Source of the DNA: an uncultured virus (IMG/VR IMGVR_UViG_3300042484_001250)
Taxonomy: Duplodnaviria > Heunggongvirae > Uroviricota > Caudoviricetes
Direction: 5' to 3' (one strand)
IMG/VR virus record: IMGVR_UViG_3300042484_001250
Coordinates: 1-64,000 of that record
DNA: 64,000 bases
Part shown: one piece after another, positions 20,976 through 31,600 of the stretch
Layout: every line of letters starts with the position of its first letter
How positions within the stretch are numbered: the stretch's first letter is position 1
The notes under the pieces: model-generated
Told to the model about the DNA's origin: nothing
The model's database searches: none
What the model saw: only the letters and a program-made list of their open reading frames with translations
Made by a program: the position numbers and the translations under genes

Positions 20976-22477
20976 TGACTAAAATAAGGAAAAATTTAAA
21001 TTGCAAGGAGTGTAATAATCCCAATCCAGCAGGAAAAAGTTTTTGTTCGGATAAATGCTATGATATAAATTATAAAAAAAATAAAAAGCTAAAAAGAGAA
21101 GCAAATAAGCATTTAAGATTATTGTATAATGGATTATCTAAAATAGATGAAATAAAATACTATATAAATTTAGCAAGTAAAGTTTCATCCTACAAAGAAT
21201 TGCGTAATTTAGATACAATGCCAAACAAAAGAAGTTGTAATTGGCTTGTTAAGTATTGTAAACCCAATTGGATGATATCTGCAGATGAATATAGTAACCG
21301 AATTCAATTAGAAAAAGAGGAAAGAGATGCTGAAAGAATTAGTGAAATTGGAGAGTTATCATATGTAAAACAAATTATAAGTAGTGAGCATAAGGTGGGA
21401 TATCCTTTGAAAATACAATTTGAATGTACAAATGGGCATATTATAAAAAGACCTTATAAGTATATTATAAAAGAAGGTAAATGTTCTATATGCCATACTC
21501 AAACTAAATCTGTACATAAAAAAAAGGTTAAATTACTAGAGATAGAATCCCAACAAAATCAAAAAAAAGCTGATAAACTGAAAGAATGTTTGGAGCGTGT
21601 TAAAATGGTTTCGGACTTTATTGAAAGTGGTGAGTATAAAAATTATGATAGTTGGAATCAAACCCCAATATCATATGGGTATCATTGGTTACGAAATGGA
21701 TTTGGTAAGGAATATTTAACAAACGAATTAAAATTGGAATTGGATAGGATAAGTTATTTTACATATAAAACAGCTGGTGCAAGGTGTCCATATCCAAAAA
21801 AGAAAGGGCATAATTGGTGTAAACACTGTGAGACAGAAAAACATGAAAATGATTTTAGAAGGAATATTTGTAAGCAATGCTCGTTACAATATAGGAGGGA
21901 TACATACTATGAAGCAGGTAACATACAAGGTAGAATAAACTATCATACAAACCCAATGGTTAAATTACATGCATTGGTTAAGGTATATGTTAATTCGGCA
22001 TTGAAGGGAAAGTCAAAATCATTTCGTACAAAAGATATATTGGGTCTAGAGTGGGATGTATTTAGGGATTATATTGAAGGGATGTTTGAACCTTGGATGA
22101 CTTGGGATAATCATGGACATGGTATTGGTAAGTGGGCATTGCAACATATAATACCAAAAACATACGCAGAAACCGAAGATGACATTTATAGATTGAATTA
22201 CTATAAGAATCTAATGCCAATGGATTTTTCGGACAACGGAGCATTGCATGATAGGATACTAAGATATCAATTGAATGAATGGCATTATGATAATTGTAGT
22301 GATTTTTTAGACAAGTACAAAGACAGGATATTAGAAAGTATGGACGAAATCCACTCGAAGCCGGACACACCTAATAAAATAAATTCAGCTAAAAATACTA
22401 GTAATAATAATAAGACAATAAAAGAACTAAGTATAGGTATAGGTAGTATAGATAGAACTCCCTACCTAACGGAATAA
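20975..22477 (+). CDS. Multi zinc-finger protein with C-terminal HNH/endonuclease VII-like domain
   Basis: Several CxxC pairs; ILG...YIEGMFEPWMTWDNHG...WALQHIIP...YKNLMP...DN resembles the MTWxNxG-WHIDHIxP endonuclease family. Confidence 0.7.
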   Translation: MTKIRKNLNCKECNNPNPAGKSFCSDKCYDINYKKNKKLKREANKHLRLLYNGLSKIDEIKYYINLASKVSSYKELRNLDTMPNKRSCNWLVKYCKPNWMISADEYSNRIQLEKEERDAERISEIGELSYVKQIISSEHKVGYPLKIQFECTNGHIIKRPYKYIIKEGKCSICHTQTKSVHKKKVKLLEIESQQNQKKADKLKECLERVKMVSDFIESGEYKNYDSWNQTPISYGYHWLRNGFGKEYLTNELKLELDRISYFTYKTAGARCPYPKKKGHNWCKHCETEKHENDFRRNICKQCSLQYRRDTYYEAGNIQGRINYHTNPMVKLHALVKVYVNSALKGKSKSFRTKDILGLEWDVFRDYIEGMFEPWMTWDNHGHGIGKWALQHIIPKTYAETEDDIYRLNYYKNLMPMDFSDNGALHDRILRYQLNEWHYDNCSDFLDKYKDRILESMDEIHSKPDTPNKINSAKNTSNNNKTIKELSIGIGSIDRTPYLTE

Positions 22478-22503
22478 CTAACAACACTAAATCAACCTAA
22501 AAT

Positions 22504-22754
22504 ATGGAAAACTTTTTATACGGAATGATAGCAGGGATAGGGATAACGATTATAACCCTAATAACGATATCACACTACCTATTTCCAACTAAGAAAGAAG
22601 ATGATAACCAATGGGAACCCTGAAAGAAAGGTTAAAAAAGATAGGGAAGATTAGCAAGGAACTTGTTAAGAAATACTGGTGGGTAATCCTTATATACTAC
22701 ACCCTCAAAGGGATTGCGGCTCTGCTCTTTATGTGGTTCTTAATCAACGCCTAA
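22504..22754 (+). CDS. Two overlapping tiny membrane ORFs (22504-22623, 39 aa; 22611-22754, 47 aa)
   Basis: Hand translation; each has one hydrophobic helix. Confidence 0.45.
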
Positions 22755-23015
22755 GAGCACTATTATTACACACTAATAATTATCTACGTTTTTTATCCAA
22801 AATCGCTTAGAATTCAACTATCGAAGAATTATCATATATGGAGTGGTTAAAAATCGTATCCATATCACACCCACATAGAGCAGTATTAAAATTACCTAAA
22901 GTTATAGGGTAATAACACCAAAAAGATAGCTAGTTAATATATCACATTACCCGATAGGCTACTACACACACCTTTTGAGAGCAAATTTTTTTTTCAAGCC
23001 CGAGCTTCCACACTA

Positions 23016-23126
23016 TTTTTGGATACGTTTTTTATTCAAGCCAACGGTTTTGGATACGTTTTTTACTCGGAATTTTGAATACGTTTTTTATTCAAGTCCG
23101 ATGAGCTGGATACGTTTTTTATTCCG
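23016..23126. repeat. Four direct repeats of G(G/A)ATACGTTTTTTA in a long non-coding region
   Basis: Cores at 23021, 23052, 23077 and 23108; partial copy at about 22785. Confidence 0.9.
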
Positions 23127-23590
23127 ATAAGCTGAAAAAATCCCCATAACATATAAGTTGTGCGAAATTTACATATGTGATTAGCTAGTTTACAATTGTA
23201 TTATTCTAAGCGATGACAGCAGAATTCCCAAGGGTCAAGCGAAAAAACGTTGTACTTTTTTAAGAAACGGGCCCAATCTTAGTTTTGTACCATCATTTTT
23301 TGTTATATAATTTACATTATGTTAAGTAGAGCGGCACCATATTAGAAAAGTACAATTCCATATTCACGAATCCACGATACCGGTGCAATCCCATCCCAAA
23401 AAAATATAAAAAAAAGCTGAAAATAAATCGAAAAAGACTTGACTTTATGGAATTTATTTCGTATTTTTAAGGTGTGGGAGGGCGGGTGATATATTCCATA
23501 TTCCAGCCTAACGTGAGACCGGTGAGCAAGTTAGCAAAATAATTCCGAATTCGTTTGGATATATCAGGAAGTTTTCGTATCTTTGTACTG

Positions 23591-23884
23591 ATGGAAAAAA
23601 CAAGGCAGATGCACTTGGTGGCTGAACTATACACTAATAATAAGACGGGGGAGTACTACGTTGTTACGAATCCTCATTCAGATGAGCCCACATCCATTCG
23701 AAAATATTATTTACCAATCGGGCCCAAACTAATCTATCCTAAGAGATGGGGGAGGAAAGCAGGAGCACTTGAGTTGCTGAAAGCTAAGATTGAAGACCAG
23801 AAGAGAATACTACATAATGCAAATAAAGAATTACTCAAGCTTCAGGCTTGTGAAGTAGAAACTCTAAAATGGAAAGATGATTAA
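23591..23884 (+). CDS. Hypothetical protein (short-leader start)
   Basis: ATG 5 nt after the TATCTTTG promoter box. Confidence 0.65.
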   Translation: MEKTRQMHLVAELYTNNKTGEYYVVTNPHSDEPTSIRKYYLPIGPKLIYPKRWGRKAGALELLKAKIEDQKRILHNANKELLKLQACEVETLKWKDD

Positions 23885-24056
23885 ATACACAAGGGAATCA
23901 ATGTTGCTTATCGCAGCCTCAATGGGATTAGATGAGGAGTTGGTATCGTATGCCAAACAAATACAATCTGTGCTTTCCTCCGGTGGAGATGGGTGTCCAT
24001 ATGAAGATGCTTTGGAAATGGCTTTCGAAGAATTAATCCGGCCCAAATTAGCCTGA
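23877..24056 (+). CDS. Small hypothetical protein (59 aa)
   Basis: Hand translation MIKYTRES...RPKLA; resembles 7229..7393. Confidence 0.55.
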   Translation: MIKYTRESMLLIAASMGLDEELVSYAKQIQSVLSSGGDGCPYEDALEMAFEELIRPKLA

Positions 24057-24088
24057 CAAATAGTCACACATAACCTGACACATCGTCA
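24054..24088. promoter_or_regulatory. Tandem TGAC-N5-GTCA operator-like boxes
   Basis: TGACAAATAGTCA (24054) and TGACACATCGTCA (24076), 22 bp apart, just upstream of a promoter. Confidence 0.55.
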
Positions 24089-24098
24089 TATATTTTGT

Positions 24099-24176
24099 TA
24101 GGAATTTCCATGTCTTTTTCATACCTTTATTATATGTGAGAGAGAGATGGTTCTCCTCCTTTAACCCCACTTTGTT
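24099..24176 (+). promoter_or_regulatory. Promoter-hairpin-leader cassette
   Basis: TAG-N20-TACCTTTA, GTGAGAGAGA...TTCTC, AACCCC, ATG. Confidence 0.75.
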
Positions 24177-24350
24177 ATGATTTCTTCCCTTTTGCTTGAT
24201 GAACGTTACGATGAGATAATCCTTGAAGATATGATGTACCAACCTATGTGTGATGAGATGAAAATCAAACCCTATGTTGGTGAAGATATTGAGGATGCCA
24301 TCTACGATTTGTTATCACATATTGAAACCTTTAATAACGTAAAACTTTAA
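24177..24350 (+). CDS. Small acidic hypothetical protein (57 aa)
   Basis: Hand translation MISSLLLDE...; first gene of a cassette. Confidence 0.6.
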   Translation: MISSLLLDERYDEIILEDMMYQPMCDEMKIKPYVGEDIEDAIYDLLSHIETFNNVKL

Positions 24351-24360
24351 TCCCCTATAT

Positions 24361-24600
24361 ATGAACAACGAACAAACCATTTACATCAACACTCCGGCTA
24401 ACAAAGGTAGAACCATTAAGGCTGGAACACCAATCATTTGTTTTGAAAGATTCCGCATTCCATATCGTACTAAGGCTCAACGTCAAGCGATTAGAGAGTT
24501 TATCGGATTGTATAAGACTTCCGCTGTTGAGGAGGCCTTGGCAGCCGGAAGAGGTTTGGAAGCTGGTATTCCTTCTTATGTTTTAAAATTCATTTCTTAA
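24361..24600 (+). CDS. Hypothetical protein
   Basis: 79 aa after a CCCC leader. Confidence 0.7.
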   Translation: MNNEQTIYINTPANKGRTIKAGTPIICFERFRIPYRTKAQRQAIREFIGLYKTSAVEEALAAGRGLEAGIPSYVLKFIS

Positions 24601-24611
24601 CCCCATTCATT

Positions 24612-24854
24612 ATGAGATATTCAGATAGTAAGATTACGGATTTAGTTAAGGTAGTAGGCGAGGATACACCAGAGAACTTCTCTCCTACCTTACGTGCTAA
24701 GTTAGTACATATTAATGAGTACGCTGGGATGTGTACGATGGAGGTAGTTAAATCCATCTACCCAGCTCACTCCTTTTCAGCTTCCAATAACCATAGAGCT
24801 GGTGAGAGGTATGAGAGACCTTTGGAGTATGTATGGAACGCATTTTTCTTTTAA
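24612..24854 (+). CDS. Hypothetical protein
   Basis: 80 aa after an AACCCC leader. Confidence 0.7.
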   Translation: MRYSDSKITDLVKVVGEDTPENFSPTLRAKLVHINEYAGMCTMEVVKSIYPAHSFSASNNHRAGERYERPLEYVWNAFFF

Positions 24855-24872
24855 AAATATTTGTTAAAAGGC

Positions 24873-25034
24873 TTGTATATATCAGGAATTTTACTTACCT
24901 TTATTATATGAGAGAGAGGTTGATTGCTTTGATTGTGTTCTTAATGGTAACGGGTCACCCCTGCCGATTGAGGGTGTTAGCAATCTCTGTAAGACACCTC
25001 CCAAAAATTGAAATTGGTTTTAACCCCTTATAAT
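24873..25034 (+). promoter_or_regulatory. Promoter plus long structured 5' leader
   Basis: TTG-N20-TACCTTTA, then nested stems GAGGT/ACCTC, GATTGCT/AGCAATC, ACCC/GGGT. Confidence 0.65.
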
Positions 25035-25235
25035 ATGAATAACGAAGAAATTGCTGGTTTGAGTTTGGTTGAGTATGTGGACCTGTTAGAGGGTATGGCG
25101 GTGTTGAATGGTTCTACTCCTGCGAAGGTGAACTTTGATTATTGTTTTTGGTATGGTGTGATTAGTGAGGATAGGTTTGAGGAGGCTAAGTGGGCATTGA
25201 CAATTCGTAAGGTAGTTGAGAACTACTACGTGTAA
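25035..25235 (+). CDS. Small hypothetical protein, paralogue of 26930..27181
   Basis: LSLVEYV...GSTPAKVN...GVISEDRFEEA. Confidence 0.7.
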   Translation: MNNEEIAGLSLVEYVDLLEGMAVLNGSTPAKVNFDYCFWYGVISEDRFEEAKWALTIRKVVENYYV

Positions 25236-25270
25236 GATATTAAGTGATTTGTAAACATAGTTTTTGGATT

Positions 25271-25299
25271 AAACCCCTCTGGTACTGCTGGTGGGGTTT
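25271..25299 (+). terminator. Hairpin, probable terminator
   Basis: AAACCCC...GGGGTTT followed by a T-rich tract. Confidence 0.55.
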
Positions 25300-25373
25300 G
25301 TTGTATGCGGAGGCCCCGGCATATACCATTAAATAAATAATTGAAAAAAAAGCAAAAATAATTGTTAAAAGGC

Positions 25374-25448
25374 TTGTTTATTTGCTAACTTTTACTTACC
25401 TTTATTATATGTGAGAGAGACAGTTCTCCACTTTAAACCCCCCTTATT
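25374..25448 (+). promoter_or_regulatory. Promoter-hairpin-leader cassette
   Basis: TTG-N20-TACCTTTA-TTATATGTGAGAGAGACAGTTCTC...AAACCCC. Confidence 0.8.
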
Positions 25449-26036
25449 ATGGCTTCTTCTAAGAACACTACGAAATTTAAATTGATGGGTATCACTTTTG
25501 AATTACCCTCTGCTTGTTTAAGAACTACTAACTACTGGGGAGAACCCCTTACTAACCCTACTATCACTATTGGACGTAAGGAAGTTCCTTTGATGTTCAA
25601 ACAATTTATGAAAGTTAAATATCCTAATATGTTGGTATGGGGTAAATCCTCTACCTTCGCTAATGGTTCTTCTTCTGACTTGTATGCTTGTAACGCTGAT
25701 GGTTCGGAGTTAGAATATGGTACTAAAGAGTACTATGATATTGCTTCTTTCTGTAATATGTTCAAAGGTGGACATTACGATGGGATGCATGATTGTTATG
25801 AGTACGCTGAGAATGGTAAGAGTGATAACGGAACTGAATTAGAGTTCAACGCTAAGTATGTTTCCTTTAATGGTAAAGCCCCCTTCGGTACTTGGCCTGA
25901 AGCGAAACGTTCCCTAAGAGATATGCTAGATGGTAAGTATGTGTGGGGTGTATTAACTTTAGAGAAAGCAATTGAGAAATTAAAAGGATATTCCTACACC
26001 GAAGCTACAATCGCTAAAGCAGTGGCTAGCTTGTAA
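25449..26036 (+). CDS. Hypothetical protein
   Basis: 195 aa; biased, high-expression-like codon use. Confidence 0.8.
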   Translation: MASSKNTTKFKLMGITFELPSACLRTTNYWGEPLTNPTITIGRKEVPLMFKQFMKVKYPNMLVWGKSSTFANGSSSDLYACNADGSELEYGTKEYYDIASFCNMFKGGHYDGMHDCYEYAENGKSDNGTELEFNAKYVSFNGKAPFGTWPEAKRSLRDMLDGKYVWGVLTLEKAIEKLKGYSYTEATIAKAVASL

Positions 26037-26696
26037 TCGGACACTAATAAAAATAAATTCATTTAAACTCCCTATATATGAAACACACTAATGGTTACTT
26101 ACCCAAAATCGAATACCATACTAAACGAATAAGTGAATTGTCTTTTTCACTTCAGTATGGACACCCTAAATACATAGGGGGACTGACCACCCGAATCACT
26201 AACCACATAAAGCGGTTAGAATATTTTGTAGCCCGTCACTGTGAGGAGAGCGGAGGCGTTGTGGGTGTGTTGTAGTACCCGGCGGAGGCGGCTCGTAAAT
26301 AGATTGGATTCAAAAGGTAGAATGTGGTGGTTTGTGGCACTAATGCGGAGGCGTTGAGTGGCACTAATAAGTAGGTGGTTATACTCCGAGGTGGGGGGGG
26401 ACTGGTTACTTGTAAAAGGTCTTGCAACTTTTTTTTGGAAGGGGGCCCTAATACCTTTTCGCCCCGAGCCAGGTTTTTTTCTCTGGGGTTTACTTTTTGT
26501 GGGACAGAGTAGACTCTTGGTTTACCCCAAAGGGAGGGTTTTTAGATAGTACCTATCCAGCTTACTTGAGCTAACTTACTTATGTGGATTGATACAAAAA
26601 TAAATTTACCTAAATGTTTGGAATTCTCATTTATTTTACTTACCTTTAATATGTGGTTGAGAGACAACAAACCTTCCCTCCCTCCACTCTATATTA

Positions 26697-26917
26697 TGAA
26701 AACCCCAAAGATTACTAAGAAAGAGTTGATTGCTATCGCCCCCACCATTAACGCTGCAGAGTTCGAAGCCTTATGTGAGAAGAATGGTATCCACACTAGT
26801 TGGCTGGATGTAAGTGTAGAGGATTATAATAGAGAATACTACAACGTTGAGATAATGGAGTATAACCTATTCGTTGCCTACTACAATGGTAAGTTAGAAG
26901 AGATTTACGACCTATAA
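26697..26917 (+). CDS. Small hypothetical protein
   Basis: MKTPKITKKE after promoter 26618-26648 and a C-rich leader. Confidence 0.65.
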
Positions 26918-26929
26918 AAGATATAAGAT

Positions 26930-27181
26930 ATGAAAAATGGATTAGATTTGAAACCATCAACTATTAAACGTCTTTCCTTAGAACGTTACGTTGAGTTTAT
27001 TGAAGAGAGAGCAAAAGCATTGGGTATCACCCCTAAACGAGCCAATTCAGAATACTATATAAATGAAGGTGTGGTTTCGTATGATAGATATGAAGAGGCT
27101 ATGGAGTTGATTCAAAAACGGATTAACGTTAGGAACTCAATGGCAATATCGGATTACATTGATTTTCAAATAGGAAGATAA
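26930..27181 (+). CDS. Small hypothetical protein, paralogue of 25035..25235
   Basis: LSLERYV...GITPKRAN...GVVSYDRYEEA. Confidence 0.7.
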   Translation: MKNGLDLKPSTIKRLSLERYVEFIEERAKALGITPKRANSEYYINEGVVSYDRYEEAMELIQKRINVRNSMAISDYIDFQIGR

Positions 27182-27308
27182 AAGATATGAACAAAGAAAT
27201 GGATTTTGTATTAAAGGTAAATGGACAATACCTCATACTATCATCCCTCCAATATGAGAAGTGGTTGATGTATGGGACATTGCCAAAAGAACGGATTAAC
27301 AAATAGAT

Positions 27309-27545
27309 ATGAATACATTAGAAATAGTTGGTTACTTCGCAATGGGTATGAGTGTACTCTCCTTTGCGTTCTCTAAACAAAAGCTGGTTCGGATAGTGAA
27401 CTTCTTTGCATGTTTAGTGTGGGTTTGGTATGGGTTCTTAATTCAGAATAACCCTACTATCATTGTAAACGTTATGGTATCGATGGTACACCTATATTGG
27501 TTTATTAATCGTTGGTGTAGAATCTCTAAATTAAATCGTAAATAA
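27309..27545 (+). CDS. YgjV/PQ-loop-like small membrane protein
   Basis: GYFA...SF...R.VN...YGFLI...P.I.VN three-helix pattern. Confidence 0.7.
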   Translation: MNTLEIVGYFAMGMSVLSFAFSKQKLVRIVNFFACLVWVWYGFLIQNNPTIIVNVMVSMVHLYWFINRWCRISKLNRK

Positions 27546-27643
27546 GATATGCATTATAAAGGAAGAAACAAAGATATCATAAAGGTGATTATATCCCTAT
27601 TGGTATTGGGTATATTACTATGGATTGTTGAAATGATGTAAGG

Positions 27644-28627
27644 ATGAAAGCACCTATAAATTTTAGTACTAAGTTGCACGGATACGAATTGGAGGTAGAT
27701 GGGGAATCGTATATCCTTACTACAATCGCAAGTATGGATTCTTCTCTTTGGATAACTCCTATGAGAAATACGCCCGGCGCTATCATGCTACTATTCAATT
27801 GGAAGAGGGATGAATACGATATAGTGCCCATTAGCCGTTTGAGTGGAAAATCGGATTATTCTCGTTCAAAGCAGGATTTGGGTTTCTCTCCTCATAAGTT
27901 CAGAACATTCGATTCGTTCATAGAGTGTACTACATCCCTAATCAGAGACCATAAGGAATTATTTAATTAAGATATGAAAGCACCAATCAATTTTGCTAAA
28001 CGGATTAATGGATATAAAATGCCCGGCTCATGGAGTAATTGCTATTTAGGGAATAACGAAGGGGATGACGATAAGGTATGGATATATACTAAAGATAAAT
28101 CTACCAATTCAATTATGTTAGAGTTCCGATGGGATGAGGAAGAATATAGGGTATGTATCGCAGGGAACGGAGATGGTACAAACTTTCACACCATTCTTAA
28201 ACCTTGGCGATTTGACCCAAAATTCTTCACATCCTTTGATACATTCATTGGATGGTTATTTGAGAAGTTGAATGAGTGGGGAAATCATTTTTATAATTAA
28301 GATATGAAAGGACCTCAAAACTTTACGGAACGTGTTAAGGGATTCAAACTAGCTTCAGGGTTCTATAACTATCATTTGGATGCACACCGTCATAGGGATA
28401 CCATAGTATGGATATATCCTCAATCCGAATGCTCTAACGTGATTATGTTAGATTTCGATTGGAGTAACCATACCTATAAGGTGTGTGTAGTGAGGAGTGG
28501 AGATGGGGTGAACTTCCATACCACAGAAGGGAACTCTTTTAATCCTAAATACTTCAAAACATTTCCCCTATTCATAGAATGGTTATCTTTGAAGGTTGCT
28601 GATTGGTGGGATTATTTTGGATATTAA
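27644..28627 (+). repeat. Three tandem paralogous CDS, MK(A/G)P family (27644-27970, 27974-28300, 28304-28627)
   Basis: Shared MKxPxNF, WI, IMLxFxW, YxV/I, FxPxxFxT/SF. Confidence 0.85.
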
Positions 28628-28628
28628 T

Positions 28629-28659
28629 TTGGAAATACGGATTTTTTTACTTACCTTTA
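28629..28659 (+). promoter_or_regulatory. Early promoter driving the MLTIxN array
   Basis: TTG-N20-TACCTTTA. Confidence 0.75.
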
Positions 28660-28678
28660 ATACATAATCAAAACCCCT

Positions 28679-31600
28679 ATGCTAACAATACACAATTACA
28701 AAAAGCTGGAACTACATAACATCGGAGTAGGTAAATGGTATGTGAGTGCTATCTATGAACAAAATAAAGAATACACTATAAACCTACGCTCACCCGAACA
28801 CCAAGAGACTGTGTATCTAAGTAGGATTGCTAAAGTACTTCCCGATGGTAGGAAGGTGTACCAATACTATGATAGAAATGGTAGTGTTACTCTACGGAGT
28901 GTAACGATTGATTTCATACAAAACCCATCTAACCTATTACGTTCACTTAAAGGATTTTGTTTATAGGATATGCTAACAATACGAAACCCAACAAAGGGCG
29001 CAGACCCAGATACTGGAATCGTAATAGGTTCATTCAAATTGGTAAATGCTGGGTTGTACAATCGACCCGATGAAATAACGGGCATTTCGGATAACTACGA
29101 TTATTACGCATTCTATTGGAGTTACAATGATGAGCGTAGTAGGTTCAAATGCTTTTTAGAAAGAAAACCAATAGAGGGTACAACATCTATATACAACTTT
29201 GAGATTTACGATGAGAAAAAAGGTTTCACTCATTATGGTAAAGCCGGTTTGATTTATGCTACATCTGTGGGTACAAATACTCACCTAAAAGATAGAATAG
29301 GGTTCTATACTTGGATGATAAATCAAATAGTAAAACATATGTAATATGCTAACAATTAAGAATTTTTATAAACTGTGTGGTAAACCCCTTGGAAGAGATG
29401 GTTGGGAGGTTGCTTTTTGTAGAGAAACGGATAATTGGTACGAAATTAAATTAGAACACCAACACCTATCATCTATAAAGGTATATTTGGAAAGGAAACC
29501 CACAAATACAAGTAATGGTAAGGTAGCGTATATGTTTAGGAACGGAGATGGTGAACTTACACAATACGGAGTAACTCCGGATTGGATTTTGAATATGGGG
29601 AATATGTTAAAGGCATTAGATAGATTTACATGCTAACAATTAAGAACTACGATAAGTTAGAGGGAAGATTATTAGAGTTTACCGCAGGGTGGGTAGTGGA
29701 ATATTGTGAAGAGTGGGATTACACCTATACAATTGGGGTACGACATCCCGCATATAAAATTACTGCTAATAGAAAGGAATTTCATTTAAGTAGAACACTT
29801 GAATCATTGGGTAATGGTGAATGGAGATACTTCTTTTATTATGAGCATAAAAAAATTGAATTTTGTGTAGATGCGGAATACCTTTCGGATATGAATATGA
29901 TGCTAGCAACCTTATGTAAAATAGTTAATAAATATTAATAACATGCTAAGGATTAAAAATGTACGGAGAGATATAGGACATGATGATGGATACCAAATTG
30001 GTGGATTCAAATTAGTAGATGGGGGTTTACACGGAGCTGTTTCCGGCAATTTGGAAAATCCATTCTATACATTCTTTTGGTCTATGGGGGATGCTAAGAG
30101 GAGGTTTAAGGTAGTGGTGAAGAGAGAGGCGGAAGATGAGGTGTACTACCATCTTTGGATTGAGGATTTGATTATGGGAATACGAATACACGATGTACGC
30201 GTTATGAGTAGTTTGTTTAAGGATAGGGAAAGGTTCTATAATTGGATGGTGGATAGGATTGTGGATTCACTATCAAATTAAACCTTTACAAAAAAATCTT
30301 AAATTCGACCCGAATGAGAGTTGATGATACTGAATATTATGCTAACAATAACGAACTACAAAAAGATAAAGGATAATCAATTCAATTGTATGGGTACATT
30401 GTGGTTGATGGGTGAGATTATCGAAAGGGATGATTACTACCAATTTGCATTTCTCCCGGAGACCAAAGGGGTGTTCGCCATACACAAATCACAATTCGTT
30501 AAGTTGTATCGGCAATTAAATGAGAATGGGTTTGAGTATGATATTGAAATTATGAATTCGATGGGAACCCGAAAGAAAATACATAATCAATACATAAAAA
30601 ATCCTAAGCAATTACTTAATTGGATTAGTTCAAAATTTTTAGTATATGTTGAAGATTGAAAACATAGATAAGTTTAAGAGTATGTTGTGTAGTGGTAAAG
30701 TTGCACACAAAGTAATTCTAAATGGGATATGGTATATATTTTATTTTAGGGTAAGTGAGTTTAGCCCAAAGGTTCAAAAGGTGTATAGGTTAATTGGAGA
30801 TGATGTTGAGATTTGGTTAGATAGAACTCCCAACGAATCAGGTAAATATGAAATGTTTGTATCGGCTTGGAAAAACGAAGTAAAGATTTTGGTTGAGTGG
30901 GATGATTTACAAAGACCATATCTACTTGCAACAACTATGGCGAAGTTATTAGAAAAATTACAAAGGGTATGCTAACGATAAAGAATTTCAAATCCTCATT
31001 ACTTAATAGTTGGTGGGGTGGTTGGAAGATTACCGATGTGTTGGAGGATACATACAAATTTGATATTGATTCGAACCTCATTGGGTGTAAACAATATTCG
31101 GTTCAATTTCATTATTACCGAGCGGATGGGTTGGGTGGACCAAAGAATGTGGGTAGGTTAATATTGGAGAGAGAAACCGATGAGTTTTTAGGAGGACAGT
31201 ATCGATATAAAATATACTTAAATCAAAAGATGATTAATGGGGGTGGAGTATTCAAAACTGCGTTAGAAGATAAAAAGGCATTTATAGAATCGGTAGTAGG
31301 TGTAATAGATTACGAATTAAAAAAATAATAGATATGAAAAGATTTAATGATTTAGAGTTTAACCTACACCCTATGGGAAGTGGTGTTCAAGCACTTATAG
31401 AGTTTGAGAATAGTTATGGTGCATCCGTAGTTAGAACTCCTTATACCTATGGAGGTGGTGAGGGTTTGTATGAGTTGGCAGTATTCAAAGATGGCGAAAT
31501 CCATTACGATAATCCGATTGCCGATGGAGATGTTAAGGGATACCTAACTGAAGAAGGTGTAACTGCTTTATTAGCTGAAATCCAATTATTATAATGCTAA

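Noticed and set aside
23016..23126. Mini CRISPR array
   Set aside because: The period is only 25-31 bp, leaving too little for spacers; the repeats are non-palindromic and no cas genes are in the window.
25287..25294. E. coli Chi site GCTGGTGG
   Set aside because: Only one copy noticed, inside a terminator-like hairpin, and the inferred host is not an enterobacterium.
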